From assembly GCA_964016885.1 (NCBI GenBank), contig OZ024757.1, forward strand, positions 17,360,001 through 17,424,000: 64,000 nucleotides of DNA, given 5' to 3'. Shown here piece by piece: positions 1 through 12,629 of this stretch (the first letter of the stretch is position 1; every line of letters starts with the position of its first letter). Under the pieces are notes generated by a model. The model was not told where the DNA came from and did not search any database. It was given only the letters and a program-made list of their open reading frames with translations. The translations under genes were made by a program, and so were the position numbers. Source of the stretch: Eledone cirrhosa. Taxonomy: Eukaryota.

Positions 1-1143
1 GTGGTGGTGGTGGTGATGGTAGTGGTGATAGTAGTGGTTGGTGGTGGTGAAGGTGGTGGTGATAGTAGTGGTTGGTAGTGGTGGTGAAGGTGGTGATGGT
101 AGTGTAGTGGTGATAGTAGTGGTTGGTGGTGGTGGTGTTGATGGTAGTGGTGATAGTAGTGGTGTTGATGGTAGTGGTGATAGTAGTGGTTGGTGGTGGT
201 GGTGGTGATGGTAGTGGTGATAGTAGTGGTTGGTGGTGGTGGTGGTGGTGGTGATAGTAGTGGTTGGTGGTGGTGGTGAAGGTGGTGATGGTAGTGTAGT
301 GGTGATAGTAGTGGTTGGTGGTGGTGGTGTTGATGGTAGTGGTGATAGTAGTGGTGGTGGTGGTGGTGGTTGATGGTGGTGGTAGTGGTTGATGGTAGTG
401 GTGAGTGGTGGTGAAGGTGGTGATGGTAGTGGTGATAGTAGTGGGTGGTGGTGGTGGTGGTGGTGATGGTAGTGATGGTAGTGGTGATAGTAGTGGTTGG
501 TGGTGGTGAAGGTGGTGGTGATAGTAGTGGTTGGTGGTGGTGGTGAAGGTGGTGATGGTAGTGTAGTGGTGATAGTAGTGGTTGGTGGTGGTGGTGGTGG
601 TGGTGATGGTAGTGGTGATAGTAGTGGTTGGTGGTGGTGTTGAAGGTGGTGATGGTAGTGTAGTGGTGATAGTAGTGGGTGGTGGTGGTGGTGAAGGTGG
701 TGATGGTAGTGTAGTGGTGGTGAAGGTGGTGATGGTAGTGTAGTGGTGATAGTAGTGGGTGGTGGTGGTGGTGAAGGTGGTGATGGTAGTGTAGTGGTGA
801 TAGTAGTGGGTGGTGGTGGTGTTGAAGGTGGTGATGGTAGTGTAGTGGTTGGTGGTGAAGGTGGTGGTGGTGGTAGTGGTGATAGTAGTGGTTGGTGGTG
901 GCGGTGGTGGCGGTTGATGGTGGTGGTAGTGGTGGTTGAGGGTGGTGGTGGTGGTGGTTGATGGTGGTGGTGGAGGTGGTGGTGGTGGTGATAGTAGTGG
1001 TTGGTGGTGGTGAAGGTGGTGATGGTAGTGGTGATGTGGGATGGTGAATGTGGTGGTGGTGGTGGTTGATGATGGTGGTGGTTGATGGTGGGGGTAGCAG
1101 TAGTAGTAATGGTGATGGTGGTGGTAGTAGTAGTAGTAGTAGT
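1..1143. repeat. Degenerate (GGT/GAT/AGT)n trinucleotide repeat tract
   Basis: Recurring GGTGATGGTAGTGTAGTGGTGATAGTAGTGGTTGGTGGT motif; runs off the window start. Confidence 0.95.
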
Positions 1144-1339
1144 TCTGGTTGTTTTTGTAGTGTTATCCTCTCATCACATTGAATTTTAACTCCTCCTTCC
1201 ACTACTCTTTCTCTCCTCCTCCTCTCGCTCCCCCTTCTAACCTCCCCCTCTCTCTGATGTTTTATTGATTTTTCTCCTCCTCCCCTTCCTCCCTTTGCTG
1301 CATTTTACACTAACTGTCATGTGAGAAAAACGTACTGCA

Positions 1340-1725
1340 TGTATGTGTGTATATGTATATGTGTATATATCTCTGTGTATGTGTGTATGTATATCTCTGT
1401 ATCTGTGTATGTTTGTATGTATGTGTGTGTGTAACTGTGTGTGTGTGTGTGTGTGTATGTATGTTTGTGTGTATGTATGTATGTTTATGTGTATGTATGT
1501 TTGTGTGTATGTATGTCTGTGTATGTACGTACGCATCTGTGTATAATTGTGTGTATGTTTATATATGTGTATATATAAGTATATATGAGTCTATAAGACT
1601 GAGTATATATGAGTGTGCATGTGTATGTATTTATGTGTGTGCATATGTCATACACAGAACTGTTGGTCGTGGTGGTGAAGGTGGTGATGGTTGCCAAGCT
1701 AACCCCTCTCTCTCTCTATATATAT

Positions 1726-1795
<70 letters not shown>

Positions 1796-1796
1796 G

Positions 1797-1831
<35 letters not shown>

Positions 1832-2049
1832 GTATATATGTATATATATATATATGTATATATATATATGTCTATATATATGTATATATATATATATGTA
1901 TATATATATATGTATATATATATGTATATATATATATGTCTATATATATGTATATATATATATATGTATATATATATATGTATATGTATATATATATATG
2001 TATATATATATGTATATATATATATTTATGTATATATATATTTATATGC

Positions 2050-2097
<48 letters not shown>

Positions 2098-2112
2098 GTA
2101 TATATATATATG
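1340..2112. repeat. Compound (TG)n/(TA)n microsatellite
   Basis: Directly visible; explains the YIYI/CVCV ORFs. Confidence 0.95.
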
Positions 2113-2202
2113 TACCTTTTTTAAATGTGGTCACCTCCTGATATACATCGGGAATCCACTTAAACCCATGCTAGTGTGGAAGATAGACGTTAAACGTTGA
2201 TG

Positions 2203-2240
<38 letters not shown>

Positions 2241-2245
<5 letters not shown>

Positions 2246-2475
2246 TGGCAAAATGAACGGACCTGTTATTTTTCTCTAAGATTTTTTCCCATTGCCGCCC
2301 CACCTATCTTCTCAATCTTTCTATTTCTTCTTAAATTTCTCAATATATCTTCTGATGATGGATTAGCGTCCGAAATATTAAGACTCTTTTCCTACTATAT
2401 CAAACGTAAAACTAATAATATAACTCTTCATTGTACTGTGTCGTTTGCTTTGTTATTTTTGTTTGCCTTTTGCAT
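2241..2475 (+). mobile_element. Penelope-like pseudo-LTR fragment, family A
   Basis: Homologous to 39302-39465 and 53522-53745; contains a hammerhead core; flanked by (TA)n. Confidence 0.65.
2348..2383 (+). ncRNA. Minimal type I hammerhead ribozyme motif
   Basis: TCTT-CTGATGA-T-GGAT(TAGC)GTCC-GAAA-TAT-T-AAGA: stem I TCTT/AAGA, stem II with one G-U pair, palindromic ATAT stem III. Confidence 0.7.
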
Positions 2476-2493
2476 ACATACATACATATATAC

Positions 2494-2524
<31 letters not shown>

Positions 2525-2914
2525 TATACATACATATATACATATATATGTATATATATATATACACACACACACGCATAATACATATACATATATCTGT
2601 TTGTGTCTATCTCTGTTTCATCATCTTATTTACCCCCCCCCCCCCCCCTCTCTCAGTCTATACCTTATACACACACACACACATGTGAACACACTACCAC
2701 ACACTCCCACATGCATACATTAAAATATACTCAATGTTGACACATTTCAGTATAAACAATATATTCAATGTGCTGTGCTGTCTGTATGTCTCTCTGTCTT
2801 TGTGTCTGTCTGTCTGTCCGTCTGTCTGTCTGTCTATCTCTCTGTCCCTCTATCTGTCTGTCTGTCTGTGTGTCTGTCTATCTCTCTGTCCCTCTGTCTG
2901 TTAGTCAGTCCACC

Positions 2915-3040
2915 TCATAACAGTCTACAATCTCTACCACAGGCGGCAATGGGCTCTTCCAGCACGTCTCCCTCACCATCCTCCGGAGAAACGCTTTCTC
3001 CATTCTGTCCACTGGGGTCACAGGGCGACCAGCGCGTGCC
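2915..3040 (+). mobile_element. Probable 3' remnant of a CRE-like (RLE-type) non-LTR retrotransposon
   Basis: From 2954 reads LFQHVSLTILRRNAFSILSTG (preceded by RRQW across a 1-nt frameshift), resembling the C-terminal WLFQRLSIAIQRGNA..IL motif of CRE-clade elements. Confidence 0.5.
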
Positions 3041-3245
3041 CCCCCCCCCCCCATTTTCTCATAATAGTGAAAGATGGGGAGAACAGGAGAGACAGAGGCA
3101 GTGATGGTGGGAGTTTGGTTCTTTTTTTTTGTTCCGAACTTGTGTATATATATATATATATGTTTCACACTCATGTGTGTGAGCCAGTGGCTTGAGAAAA
3201 TCAACTAAAATATGCCTCAGTGTGGACAAAAAAGCTTAAAATAGA

Positions 3246-3253
3246 ATCATCAC

Positions 3254-3296
<43 letters not shown>

Positions 3297-3443
3297 GTTT
3301 AACGTCCATCTTCCACGCTTGCATGGGTTTGGACGGGAATTTTCCCACTTGAGGCAAGATTGGTTGTCTTGCTCGCATAGGACTGTCTGGCAGGTTTTCT
3401 ACAGCTGGATGCTCTTCCTAACACCAACCACATTTACAGTGTG
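3246..3443 (-). mobile_element. RTE LINE 3'UTR fragment with (GAT)n tail
   Basis: Matches the 3'UTR of the RTE copy at 10012-10660. Confidence 0.8.
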
Positions 3444-3467
3444 TATATATATATATATATATATACA

Positions 3468-3590
3468 CTAATTTTAAAAACACCAAAGAATCAATGCATT
3501 TTCAAACTGACATATGTTTCAGCCAACCTAAACTTCATCCCAGGGTTAAAGAACTGCAGTTAAAAAAAACACAAAAAATTTTATTTTAAT
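3468..3590. repeat. Dispersed repeat, inverted copy at 11225-11346
   Basis: Near-identical ~120 bp (CACCAAAGAATCAATGCATTTTCAAACTGACATATGTTTCAGCC...) in opposite orientation; both abut (TA)n. Confidence 0.8.
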
Positions 3591-3764
3591 TTCTTCAAAA
3601 ATTTTTTGGTTGTCTTGCTCGCATAGGACTGTCTGGCGGGTTTTCTACGGCTGGTGGCCCTTCCTAACACCAAATAAATAAATAAATATATCAATATTAC
3701 ATTAACAATCTTTACAGAATGTTGATCCCAACAGCAGTTGCCAATGACAGTAGCTGAGGAAAGT

Positions 3765-4150
3765 CATAATAATTGTTTCTATTTTTGGCACAAGGCCAGC
3801 AATTACCCTAGTGCATTACTGGTGCTTTATTTTACTTTATTTTATCGAACCTGTAAGGCATTTGAAAGGCATTTGAACTCAGAACGTAAAGGGCCATAAC
3901 TCTATGCTGAAAAGTATGGTGTCTGATGCTCTACCGATACTGCCAATCCACCAGGAAAGTTATAATAATTGTTTCTACTTTTGGCACAAGGCCAGCAATT
4001 ACCCCAGTGCATTACTGGTGCTTTTTATTTTTATTGACCCTGTTAGGATGAAAGACAAAGTTAAGCTTGGTGGTATTTGAAACAAGAACGTAAAGGGACA
4101 TAACTCTATGCTGCAAAGCATGGTGTCTAACGCTCCACCAGTACGGCCAA
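3765..4150 (-). mobile_element. Two tandem tRNA-derived SINE copies (Nin/Deu-like domain family)
   Basis: Reverse complement has GGATTGGCAGTATCGGTAGAGC head, GAGTTCAAAT B-box and CTTTCATCCT...GGGTC.ATAAAATAAA..ACCAG domain. Confidence 0.8.
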
Positions 4151-4639
4151 TGTTAACAAAATACAAACAGCTGAAAAATCTATAGTCATTGTTTCTTTAT
4201 AGAACCAGAGAACCATGTTCTGGCATGTTCATTGTCATAGCTGATATCTGTGTGTGTGTCTATGTATATATCTATGTGTATGTGTGTGTATATATTTATG
4301 TGTGTATGTGTATTGTATGTGTCTATGTATGTGTGTGTCTGTATGTGTCTGTCAGTCTCTTCTTTTTCTCTCTTGAAAAATAACATTAAATAATGATTAT
4401 GATATATGTGTGTGTGTGTGTTGAACAATGAAAATAAAATAAAAGTCGAAGATAGGATTCTAAATTAGTTCATTGTTTTACAATCGTTTCAGGGGGTTGA
4501 TTAATCATTATAAATTGATATATTGACTAATAGAGAGTGGTTATACCACCTTCTATTACTAGTCTCAATATCCTAGACTCGTCTCACCATCTACCTCAGA
4601 AACAATCTATCAATTGGCCCTACCATAAACAGGTGGATA

Positions 4640-4723
<84 letters not shown>

Positions 4724-4759
4724 AATAATGAGCTGCGCGTTGCAAATGGGGTACATATG

Positions 4760-5055
4760 AAAAAGTAAGTCCTTCATCAGTGACCCTCCAACTGTCCCAG
4801 GCATTTCATCGCTTTAAGGGCCATATACCTCAGGTTGGTGCGAACAACGGCTAAAAAAAGTCGTTGGGACACGTAAATAAAGGGGACGTTAGGGTGAACA
4901 AACAAAATGGTTTAAGCAACGGAAAGTGAGAACGTCCCCTTTATTTACGTGTCCCAACGACTTTTTTTAGCCGTTGTTCGCACCAACCTGAGGTATATGG
5001 CCCTTAAAGCGATGAAATGCCTGGGACGGTTGGAGGGTCACTGATGAAGCACTTA

Positions 5056-5061
<6 letters not shown>
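4760..5061. repeat. Fold-back inverted repeat, ~131-bp arms, 40-bp spacer
   Basis: 4760-4890 is the reverse complement of 4931-5061 with about 2 mismatches; (TA)n on both sides. Confidence 0.95.
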
Positions 5062-5094
<33 letters not shown>

Positions 5095-5581
5095 GTTTGT
5101 GTGTGTATATGTATAAAATAAAAGAGCAGGTCTTACATAATTTTATTTATTGGATTATACGTATTTCATTGACACCAGTGTGTAGCTATATTGCAATCAT
5201 TACAACAGCAACCAGCACTTGTGCTGACATCATCAGATGTCAGCACAATTATGTGAGTAAGTTGATATGTCACAGGTAAACACTTCCAAACATATGACTC
5301 ACCAATTGTTTTTTCTTCTCTACACGCCCTTGTGGTATCTATTTCCTCATTCGGGGATTCTGTACAGTCATATGAAATCATCAGGACATTCCTGATGATT
5401 TCATAAGAATGAGACATTTCTAATCCTGTAGAAGTCATTTCTATATATATAATAAAGATACACTCTACCAATGTATTGAGTAACTTTTTTAACTGTGGTT
5501 ACCCACAACACAAGTCAGGAATCCACTCTTATGTATATATACACACACAGATATATATGTATACATATACATACATATATA

Positions 5582-6065
5582 TCATCATCATCATTTTACG
5601 TCCACTTTTCCTTGCTTGCAAGGGTGGGACAGAACCTATTCAGCACAGCATCTCTCCATTCGTCACGGTCCTTCAACATCTCCTCTGTGAGCTTGAGCGA
5701 TCTGAGGTCAGCTCTCACCACCTCCACCCATGATTATGATTTTCCTGGTCTTCCTCTACTGCGTCTTCCTTCCACTGGGATTTCTTGAAACTTCTACCCA
5801 GCAGTCATCTTCCATGTGCATCACATGTCCATACCAACACAGCCTTCTCTCCCGCCCACTACAGTTTATCCCTCTTATAAACAGTTTCACTCTCAACTCA
5901 TCTATGCTTGCTCGTTCACGTACATTGACAATGCACATCCAACGGAGCATGCTTGCTTTATTTCACTCCAGCTGTCGCATATCCTCCGCAGTTGCTGCCC
6001 ATCTCTCATTACCATGTGGAATCGCGCATCTCACAGGCATCATATAACAGCCTTTCGTTATGTGT
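5582..6065 (-). mobile_element. RTE-clade LINE 3' fragment
   Basis: Minus strand reads MLRWMC...ELRVKL.IRGI...RERRLCWYGHVMHMEDDCWV and DRDEWRDAVL, followed by a (GAT)n tail. Confidence 0.9.
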
Positions 6066-6074
6066 AGTAGAAAA

Positions 6075-7180
6075 CATAACTCTTTTTTTTAAAGCCAGTA
6101 CAATGCAGTAGAAAAATATGAAGGACATATGATGACAAATGAAACCAAACAAAATAATGTTTTACTCAGTATATCTTAGCATGATATTTCAGGGAAATAA
6201 CTTTCTTTTCAGATGAGAAGCTGAAACAGTCCAAGACAAAACAAAACAAGCGATTGAAATATTCTTCTTTACAGAGCCCAAATGGGTTATATATGGAATG
6301 AGATCTCTCAGATACACAACAGATGCTGCGAGGGTAGCGACAGACATACCAGCATAGTGGAATTCCAAAGAGTTCTCACCAAAAATGGCTACCCTACTTC
6401 TCTTGCCAAACACCAAATGCCAAAATGCCAAGGCAGCAACTCTTCAAAGAACAAGTAGGGCACGCACACCTAGAGATAACATATGCTACCTAAAGCTGTC
6501 ACATTTCAATGAGAAGATGACAGCTACCATCAAACAAGCCATCTGTAGGGAGGGACTGAATATAAAGCTGGCACACTCGGGACCCTCATTGAGGAGACTG
6601 CTCCACAGACTCTGATCCACATATAGTGATATATGCACACTTCCTAATTGTCCCGACAACAACACAGAAGTGTGCCCGAGAGCATATGAGGTCTATAAGA
6701 TCGCGTGCTAAAAATGTAGCACTTCATACATCGGAAGTACCATAAGGAGGCTACACATACAGATCAAGGAGCAAGTGGCAATGAGAGCCTCTTCCGTTAA
6801 AAAAAACATCTTGACAGATACCGCAGCCAAGACATTGAGGTCACCATAGAAGTGACTGAAAGGAATGTAGGCAATGTAAGGTTTAAGGAGGCCATTTTCA
6901 TCAGCCGAATAAAACCAGAGATAAATAATAGGCCAGAAATGCATGAAGCAGAATGGTTACTGTAGCAATCCCCACGTATGTGTTTTGTAAACACATAGAC
7001 CAGTTAGGGAAGAAAATTTTGATCACTTGTTTTATTTTGACTTGGACTGTTTCAGCTTCTCATCTGAAAAGAGGGTTATATCCCTGAAATATGCTAAAAT
7101 ACACTGGATAAAACACTACTTTATTTCGTTTTGTTTGTCATCATTTTCTACCACATTGTATTGGCTTAAAAGAAAAGTTA
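6075..7180 (+). mobile_element. Penelope-like element fragment (end of RT plus GIY-YIG endonuclease) between inverted pseudo-LTRs
   Basis: Reads LTKNGYP, then CTLPNCP...VYKIAC*KCSTSYIGSTIRRLHIQIKE...KEAIFISRIKPEINNR (6631-6965, with stops and frameshifts); 6075-6267 is an inverted copy of 7010-7180. Confidence 0.92.
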
Positions 7181-7189
7181 TCTGAGACG

Positions 7190-7260
7190 ACACATTCGAA
7201 GGAGTGTTGAGGACTCTGGCTCCACAACACTTCCAGGAATAAGTGGGCGAAGAAGAAGAA
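7190..7260 (+). mobile_element. Extreme 3' end of an Expander/REX3-like RTE LINE with (GAA)n tail
   Basis: Reverse complement of 16168-16235. Confidence 0.7.
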
Positions 7261-7782
7261 CATCATCATCATCATCATCATCAACGTTTAACGTCCGTGT
7301 TCCACGCTTGCATGGGTTTGGACGGGGGTAGTCCCACTTGAGGCAAGAGTGATTGTCTTGCTCGCATAGGACTGTCTGGCAGGTTTTCTACAGTTGGATG
7401 CCCTTCCTAACACCAACCACATTTACAGTGTGGGTCTGGGAGGTTTTTACCGTGTTGCCTACACAGCCACATTACAGCGTGGACTGTCTGGCGGATTTTC
7501 TACAGCTGGATGCCCTTCCTAACACCAACCACATTTACAGTGTGGGACTGGGAGGTTTTTACCGTGTTGCCTACACGGCCACATTACAGCGTGGACTGTC
7601 TGGCGGATTTTCTACAGCTGGATGCCCTTCCTAACACCAACCACATTTACAGTGTGGGTCTGGGAGGTTTTTACCGTGTTGCCTACACGGCCACATTACA
7701 GCGTGGACTGTGTGTTTTTTTGTCGTGACACCTACACGATCTCATTTGTTTCGGCCTCGATGGCGCGGCACCAACATAACTT
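7261..7782 (-). mobile_element. RTE 3'UTR with an internal 112-bp segment repeated 3 times
   Basis: GGACTGT junctions at 7369, 7481, 7593 and 7705. Confidence 0.9.
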
Positions 7783-8149
7783 AAAGATATATATATATAT
7801 ATATATATATAAAACTATCATGAAAGTGGTGGTGCATGTTTTCAATGCATCTAAATTACAATAAGTTGCTTCTAACAATTGATAAAACCGTGTAATATAT
7901 ACTATTTTGTGATCTGTCCTGCCCTAGTTTTTTCCTCATCATATCCTCTATACACCAGTCATTATGATCAGCTGACACACGTCACTTATATGTAAGCAAG
8001 AAATACTTAAGTCATTTCACTAAACTAGTTTTTGTCATTGCTTCCTCCTCCTCTTCTTTTTTGTAATAGTGGAAAAACTAAACAGGAACTGGACTGTACC
8101 GGAAAAAAAATGCAAAATTGAAATATGATTGGAGGATGAAATCTGTTGC

Positions 8150-9370
8150 TTTGTTTAACCCTTTCATTACTATATTTCTGATGAAATACACTGTATAAGG
8201 CTTTCAATGAATTTTGAAAATAATCAGGAATTTTGAGAAATTTAGTAATACTAGAATTTTTTCCAACATGCTGACACATATCTGTATGTGTATGTGTGTG
8301 TATATGCTTACATTTATATGTATGAGTATTTAAATATAAAGGCACAAACACAGACACACTTCCAAAAATATACACTCACAGACATACATTCACAAAAATA
8401 CACACATACATTCACACAAACACACACACAATTGTGTGACGGACGGAAGTCGCTCAATTTTATATATAGATTAAGCAGGTGTCTGGAACATACCATAACA
8501 AAGTTACTTATGACAAAACATTTTGAAAATAATCAGGAATTGTGAGGAATTTAATAAAATAACTAACTTTATCAATATTAAGCTGGTGTTTGGAACATAA
8601 CATAACAAAGGTACTTATGATGAAACATTTTGAGATAAATATAAACCTTTCTTAACATATTCATTACCATATTTCTAATGAAAGACAGCCCATGGTTTTC
8701 AATTAATTTATTGAAAATAATCAGGAATTTTGAAGGATTTTGTAAAATAACTAACATTCTTATTATAAAGCTGATGTTTGGAACTTAACTTAACAAATGT
8801 TCTTACATTTGTAGATAAATATAAGCACTTTAACCATATTGTTAGTCTAATAAAAGACTGCCTATAGTCTTTCATGAAATTTAAAAACGATCAGGAATTC
8901 TGAAGCATTTATTAACCCTTTAGCCTTTACATTACTCTATATTTACTATTGTATTTTTGTGGTAAAGACTTTACCTTACGTAATATCTCAAGTGATATCG
9001 AATCTATGAGATTTTAATATTATTTATTTTGAGAAAAATACCTTACCATCAGTATGAGTGGCCAGTTATGGCCCGACTTGAACAGAAAGAGGTGAGAGAA
9101 TTCTGGCCAGATATGGCTGGTTTAAATGCTAAAGAGCTAATACACTCAACTCTTTCATTATTAAGTTGGTGTTTGGAACATAACTCACCAAAGCCTCTTA
9201 GATTTTTAGATTAATATAAACACTTTAACTTTTTTGTTACAATATTTCTAATGAAAGATATTGCCTCTGGTTAACAAATCATTTTGAAAATATTTAAGAA
9301 TTTGTTGGAATTTTTGTGATATAGTTAACTCTTTCATTAAGTTGGTGTGTGGATTATAACTTAACAAAAG
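8150..9370 (+). repeat. Degenerate tandem of an AT-rich MITE-derived ~180-bp unit
   Basis: Recurring CCATATTTCTAATGAAAGA...GAAAATAATCAGGAATT...AAGCTGGTGTTTGGAACATAAC; same family as 62375-64000. Confidence 0.75.
8912..9140. mobile_element. piggyBac-like MITE (~230 bp)
   Basis: Ends TTAACCCTTTAGC...GCTAAAGAGCTAA; copies at 40919, 49615 and 63170. Confidence 0.75.
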
Positions 9371-10011
9371 ATGTATATATATATATCAGAAACCCAAGAA
9401 GCTAGATTTAACACCTTTCTAGTGGGTCCGGGTATGATTTTACATTCATTTAAATTATTGATGTATTGTTTTATTGATATTTTTTATCTGTTTGTCCCGA
9501 ATCTTCTATTATCGATTTTTTATCGTATGGTTGATTGTAGACTTGTTCTATGTGTGACGGTATTTTAACGATAGTTATAGCTCTGATTCATCTGAATTAT
9601 TGAGCCCTCTGCCGCTCATTTTGAATATTGTTTATCGTGAACTCGTGCGCCGATTTTTCGATACTCGATCTTTCTAATATATATATATATATATATAAAC
9701 CCATGCTAGCGTGGAAGATAGACGTTAAACAATTATGATGATGATGATGATATTTATATATATATATATATTTATATATAGGAAAAGAGTCAGGACCCCA
9801 TTACCCACTCTACTACGCTAAGTATCGAGTACTCTGGTGTGTTATGGTCCACCTGGTTTCTTACCACACTTTCTTTGTTATATATATATAATCGCTGAGA
9901 CTCACATGGTCTCAGATGAAGGAATGCAGCGAGTGGAGAGATGCTGTGCTGAAAAGGACCCATCCCACTCCCGAAAGCATGGAAAAATAGACATAAAATT
10001 GATGATGGTGA

Positions 10012-10660
10012 TCATCATCATCATCATCATCATCATCGTTTAACGTCCATGTTCCACGCTTGCATGGGTTTGGACGGGAGTTTTCCCACTTGAGGCAAGA
10101 GTGGTTGTCTTGCTCACATAGGACTGTCTGGCGGGTTTTCTACAGCTGGATGCCCTTCCTAACACCAACCACATTTACAGTGTGGGACTGGGAGGTTTTT
10201 ACCGTGTTGCCTACACGGCCACATTGCAGCGTGGACTGTGTGTTTTTTTGTCGTGACACCTACACGATCTCATTTGTTTCGGCCTGGATGTTGTGGCACC
10301 AACATAACTTTACATTGAAAGGGGCGGTGTGGATGGGGTGGGGGTGGTGGGATGGGGTATATTTTGTTAGAGATGCCTACTGACTGTAGTAGGTTTTACT
10401 TTGTATTTAGGTAAGGCGGGTCTTCTCTGTTACTGAGTACCGCCAAAGATCTCGGTCCAGTGACATTGTCTTGGAGAGGTGTAAGTGTGTGAGGTCGGAA
10501 TTTATCAGCTCGTCCCAGGTGTTTCTGGGTCTGCCTACTCCGTAGCTACCGTCTATCTTTATTGCCCTGCACTTTTTTATACAGCTGTCGTCTTTCATGC
10601 GCATCACGTGACCATACCAACGTAGCCTTCTCTTGAGTAAACAACATCTGATCCCTCTTA
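10012..10660 (-). mobile_element. RTE-clade LINE 3' end (ORF terminus, 3'UTR, (GAT)n tail)
   Basis: RRLRWYGHVMRMKDDSCIKKC...GVGRPRNTWDELINSDL...DRDLWR is a typical RTE C-terminus. Confidence 0.92.
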
Positions 10661-11361
10661 TATATATATATGTGTGTGTGTTTAATTATTATTTAGTATT
10701 CTACATACAGCTTATGCTATAAGACATTCTCTTCATCAGCTACTGACTCAAAAGCTAAAAGATTTAGGCACCTCCTGACAGTACCATTCCTTCCTGGCTA
10801 TCAGGAAATATCCAGATATTTGGGGGTCCACTCTGTAGCACAATTGTCTTCACATTAAGTTTGTAGCCACCCTACCTGTCTGGGGGCTGCCAATACAATG
10901 CCAATACTTTAAGAATTATTATCTTTGCTCCCGTTATGAGATGGGTCAGCTAAATTGGCCACGCTGTACCCTACTCATAAGCGGATCCATATTTGGGAGT
11001 TGAGTGGATCCGTAATGCAGTATGTCTGGCCAGAATATATATGTGAAGAAAATCTATAGTTGTTGGAAAATTTTCGAAATCTCATATATTTTCTTGAGCT
11101 GTTTGTCATTATTGTTATTGTTGTGATTGATATATGTGAAATATCAATATGCCAAAATAAACTCGGATGATGCCGACCTTGAACCAACTCCTGAAAGTCA
11201 AGTTATAAAATTATAAAGAATTTTATAAAAAAATTTTTGTGGTTTTTTTTAACTGTAGTTCTATAACCCTGGGATGAAGTTTAGGTTGGCTGAAACATAT
11301 GTCAGTTTGAAAATGCATTGATTCTTTGGTGTTTTTAAAATTAGTGTATATATATATATAG

Positions 11362-11808
11362 AGGGGAGACCCAAGATGACCTGGGATGAGGTGATAAAAG
11401 CCGACCTTACCCAATTACACCTCTCAAAGGCGATGACACACGACCGTGACCTCTGGCGTCACGCAGTAATACAGAGTACCCCGACCTCCCATGGGTACAA
11501 GCTGAAGCATATAGACAATATGCCCCCACACCCCCCACTGCAAGGTGGTCGTGGAGGTGCCACGGCAAAAAAGCACCCAGCCCACACTGTAAAGTGGACG
11601 TGTAGGCGCCACGAAAAAGCACCCAGCACTCACTGTTAATGAGGTTGGTGTTAGGAAGGGCATCCATCTGTAGAAATCAAGCCAAAATCAGTTCCTGTAT
11701 GAGCAAGGCATGGTCAGCCGACCAGACACTGCCCACAACAGGACAACCTGTCTAACCCATGCTAGCGTGGAAGAACGGACGTAAAACGATGATGATGATG
11801 ATGATGAT
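11362..11808 (+). mobile_element. RTE-clade LINE 3' end, second subfamily
   Basis: GRPKMTWDEVIKADL...DRDLWRHAV, then 3'UTR and (GAT)n; near-identical to 58360-58970 in reverse. Confidence 0.92.
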
Positions 11809-12062
11809 AGAGAGAGAGAGAGAATGTGGAATTGGAAATAGCATGGAAAATATATTTAAGGATCTGTTTTTCTTTTTTTCTTCTTTGATTCGGCAAAATA
11901 ACGTTTTTGAAAAAATAATAGGAACAATTCTTTTAAAATAAGGAGTTTTATAATGTACCATATTTCCCGGTGTCGAAGACTCTACTTTGTTCCTAAAATA
12001 AGTCTCAAAAATCTACCATGTGCCCTGGAGGCCGAATGTTGTTTATTATTTTTTTTAAAATT

Positions 12063-12252
12063 AGGGCGGTGGATTGGCAGTATCGGTAGAGGGTCGGACG
12101 CCATGCTTTCCAGCATAGTTACGTCCCTTTGCGGTCTGAGTTCAAATCCCGCCAAGGTTAACTAAGCGTTTCATCCTTATGGGGTCGATAAAATAAAGTA
12201 CCAGTAATGTACTGGGTAATTGATGGTCTTGTGCCAAAAGTAGAAACAATAT
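12063..12252 (+). mobile_element. tRNA-derived SINE (Nin/Deu-like domain)
   Basis: TGGCAGTATCGG A-box-like, GAGTTCAAATCC B-box, TTTCATCCTTATGGGGTCGATAAAATAAAGTACCAG domain. Confidence 0.85.
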
Positions 12253-12509
12253 TTTTTTTTCAAATTTTTGGTTGTCAAAATTAGGGTCTGTCCTTGAGGA
12301 AGAAGCAGCTTCGGCGCTGGGAAATATGGTGTATAAAATATATAAAATATTCTTTTTATATAAGAAAAAAAGAAAAACAGATCCTTAAATATATTTTCCA
12401 TGCTATTTCCAATTCCACCTTTTCTTTATAACCACTGAACTGTATAGAAGCTTACTGTCTTTTCAAATTTATATCTATATATATATATATATATATATAT
12501 ATGGAGAGT

Positions 12510-12629
12510 GAAGGCGTGTGGCTGAGTGGTTAGAGAATTGGATTCGCAGTCTTGAGGTTGTAAGTTCGATTCCCGGACCGGGCGATACGTTATGTCCTTG
12601 AGCAAGACACTTTATTTCACGTTGCTCCT
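12510..12629 (+). mobile_element. CORE-type SINE head (3' truncated)
   Basis: TGGCTGAGTGG A-box, GTTCGATTCC B-box, GTCCTTGAGCAAGACACTTTATTTCAC CORE-like segment. Confidence 0.85.

Noticed and set aside
1347-2200. [12 protein letters not shown] ORFs here and throughout the window
   Set aside because: Translations of dinucleotide microsatellites, open in several frames on both strands.
2921-3040. Minus-strand terminal exon ending CRLL* (CaaX-like)
   Set aside because: No clear splice acceptor (poly-G upstream); the plus-strand CRE-like reading explains it better.
5166-5471. 101-aa ORF with a GTGAGT donor
   Set aside because: Overlaps a dispersed repeat also present at 35650-35800 and 42550-42728.
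7959-7991. 33-bp micro-exon candidate (ccag|...|gtaagc, HYDQLTHVTY)
   Set aside because: Such signals arise by chance; no partner exons or homology evident.
11268-11305. Hammerhead in the 3468/11225 repeat
   Set aside because: Palindromic stem III and GTC are present, but the core reads GGGATGA in both copies and stem I is weak.
12510-12590. tRNA gene (also 40165, 12063 and 62128)
   Set aside because: A and B boxes are present, but there is no convincing acceptor stem and the sequence continues into a SINE body.
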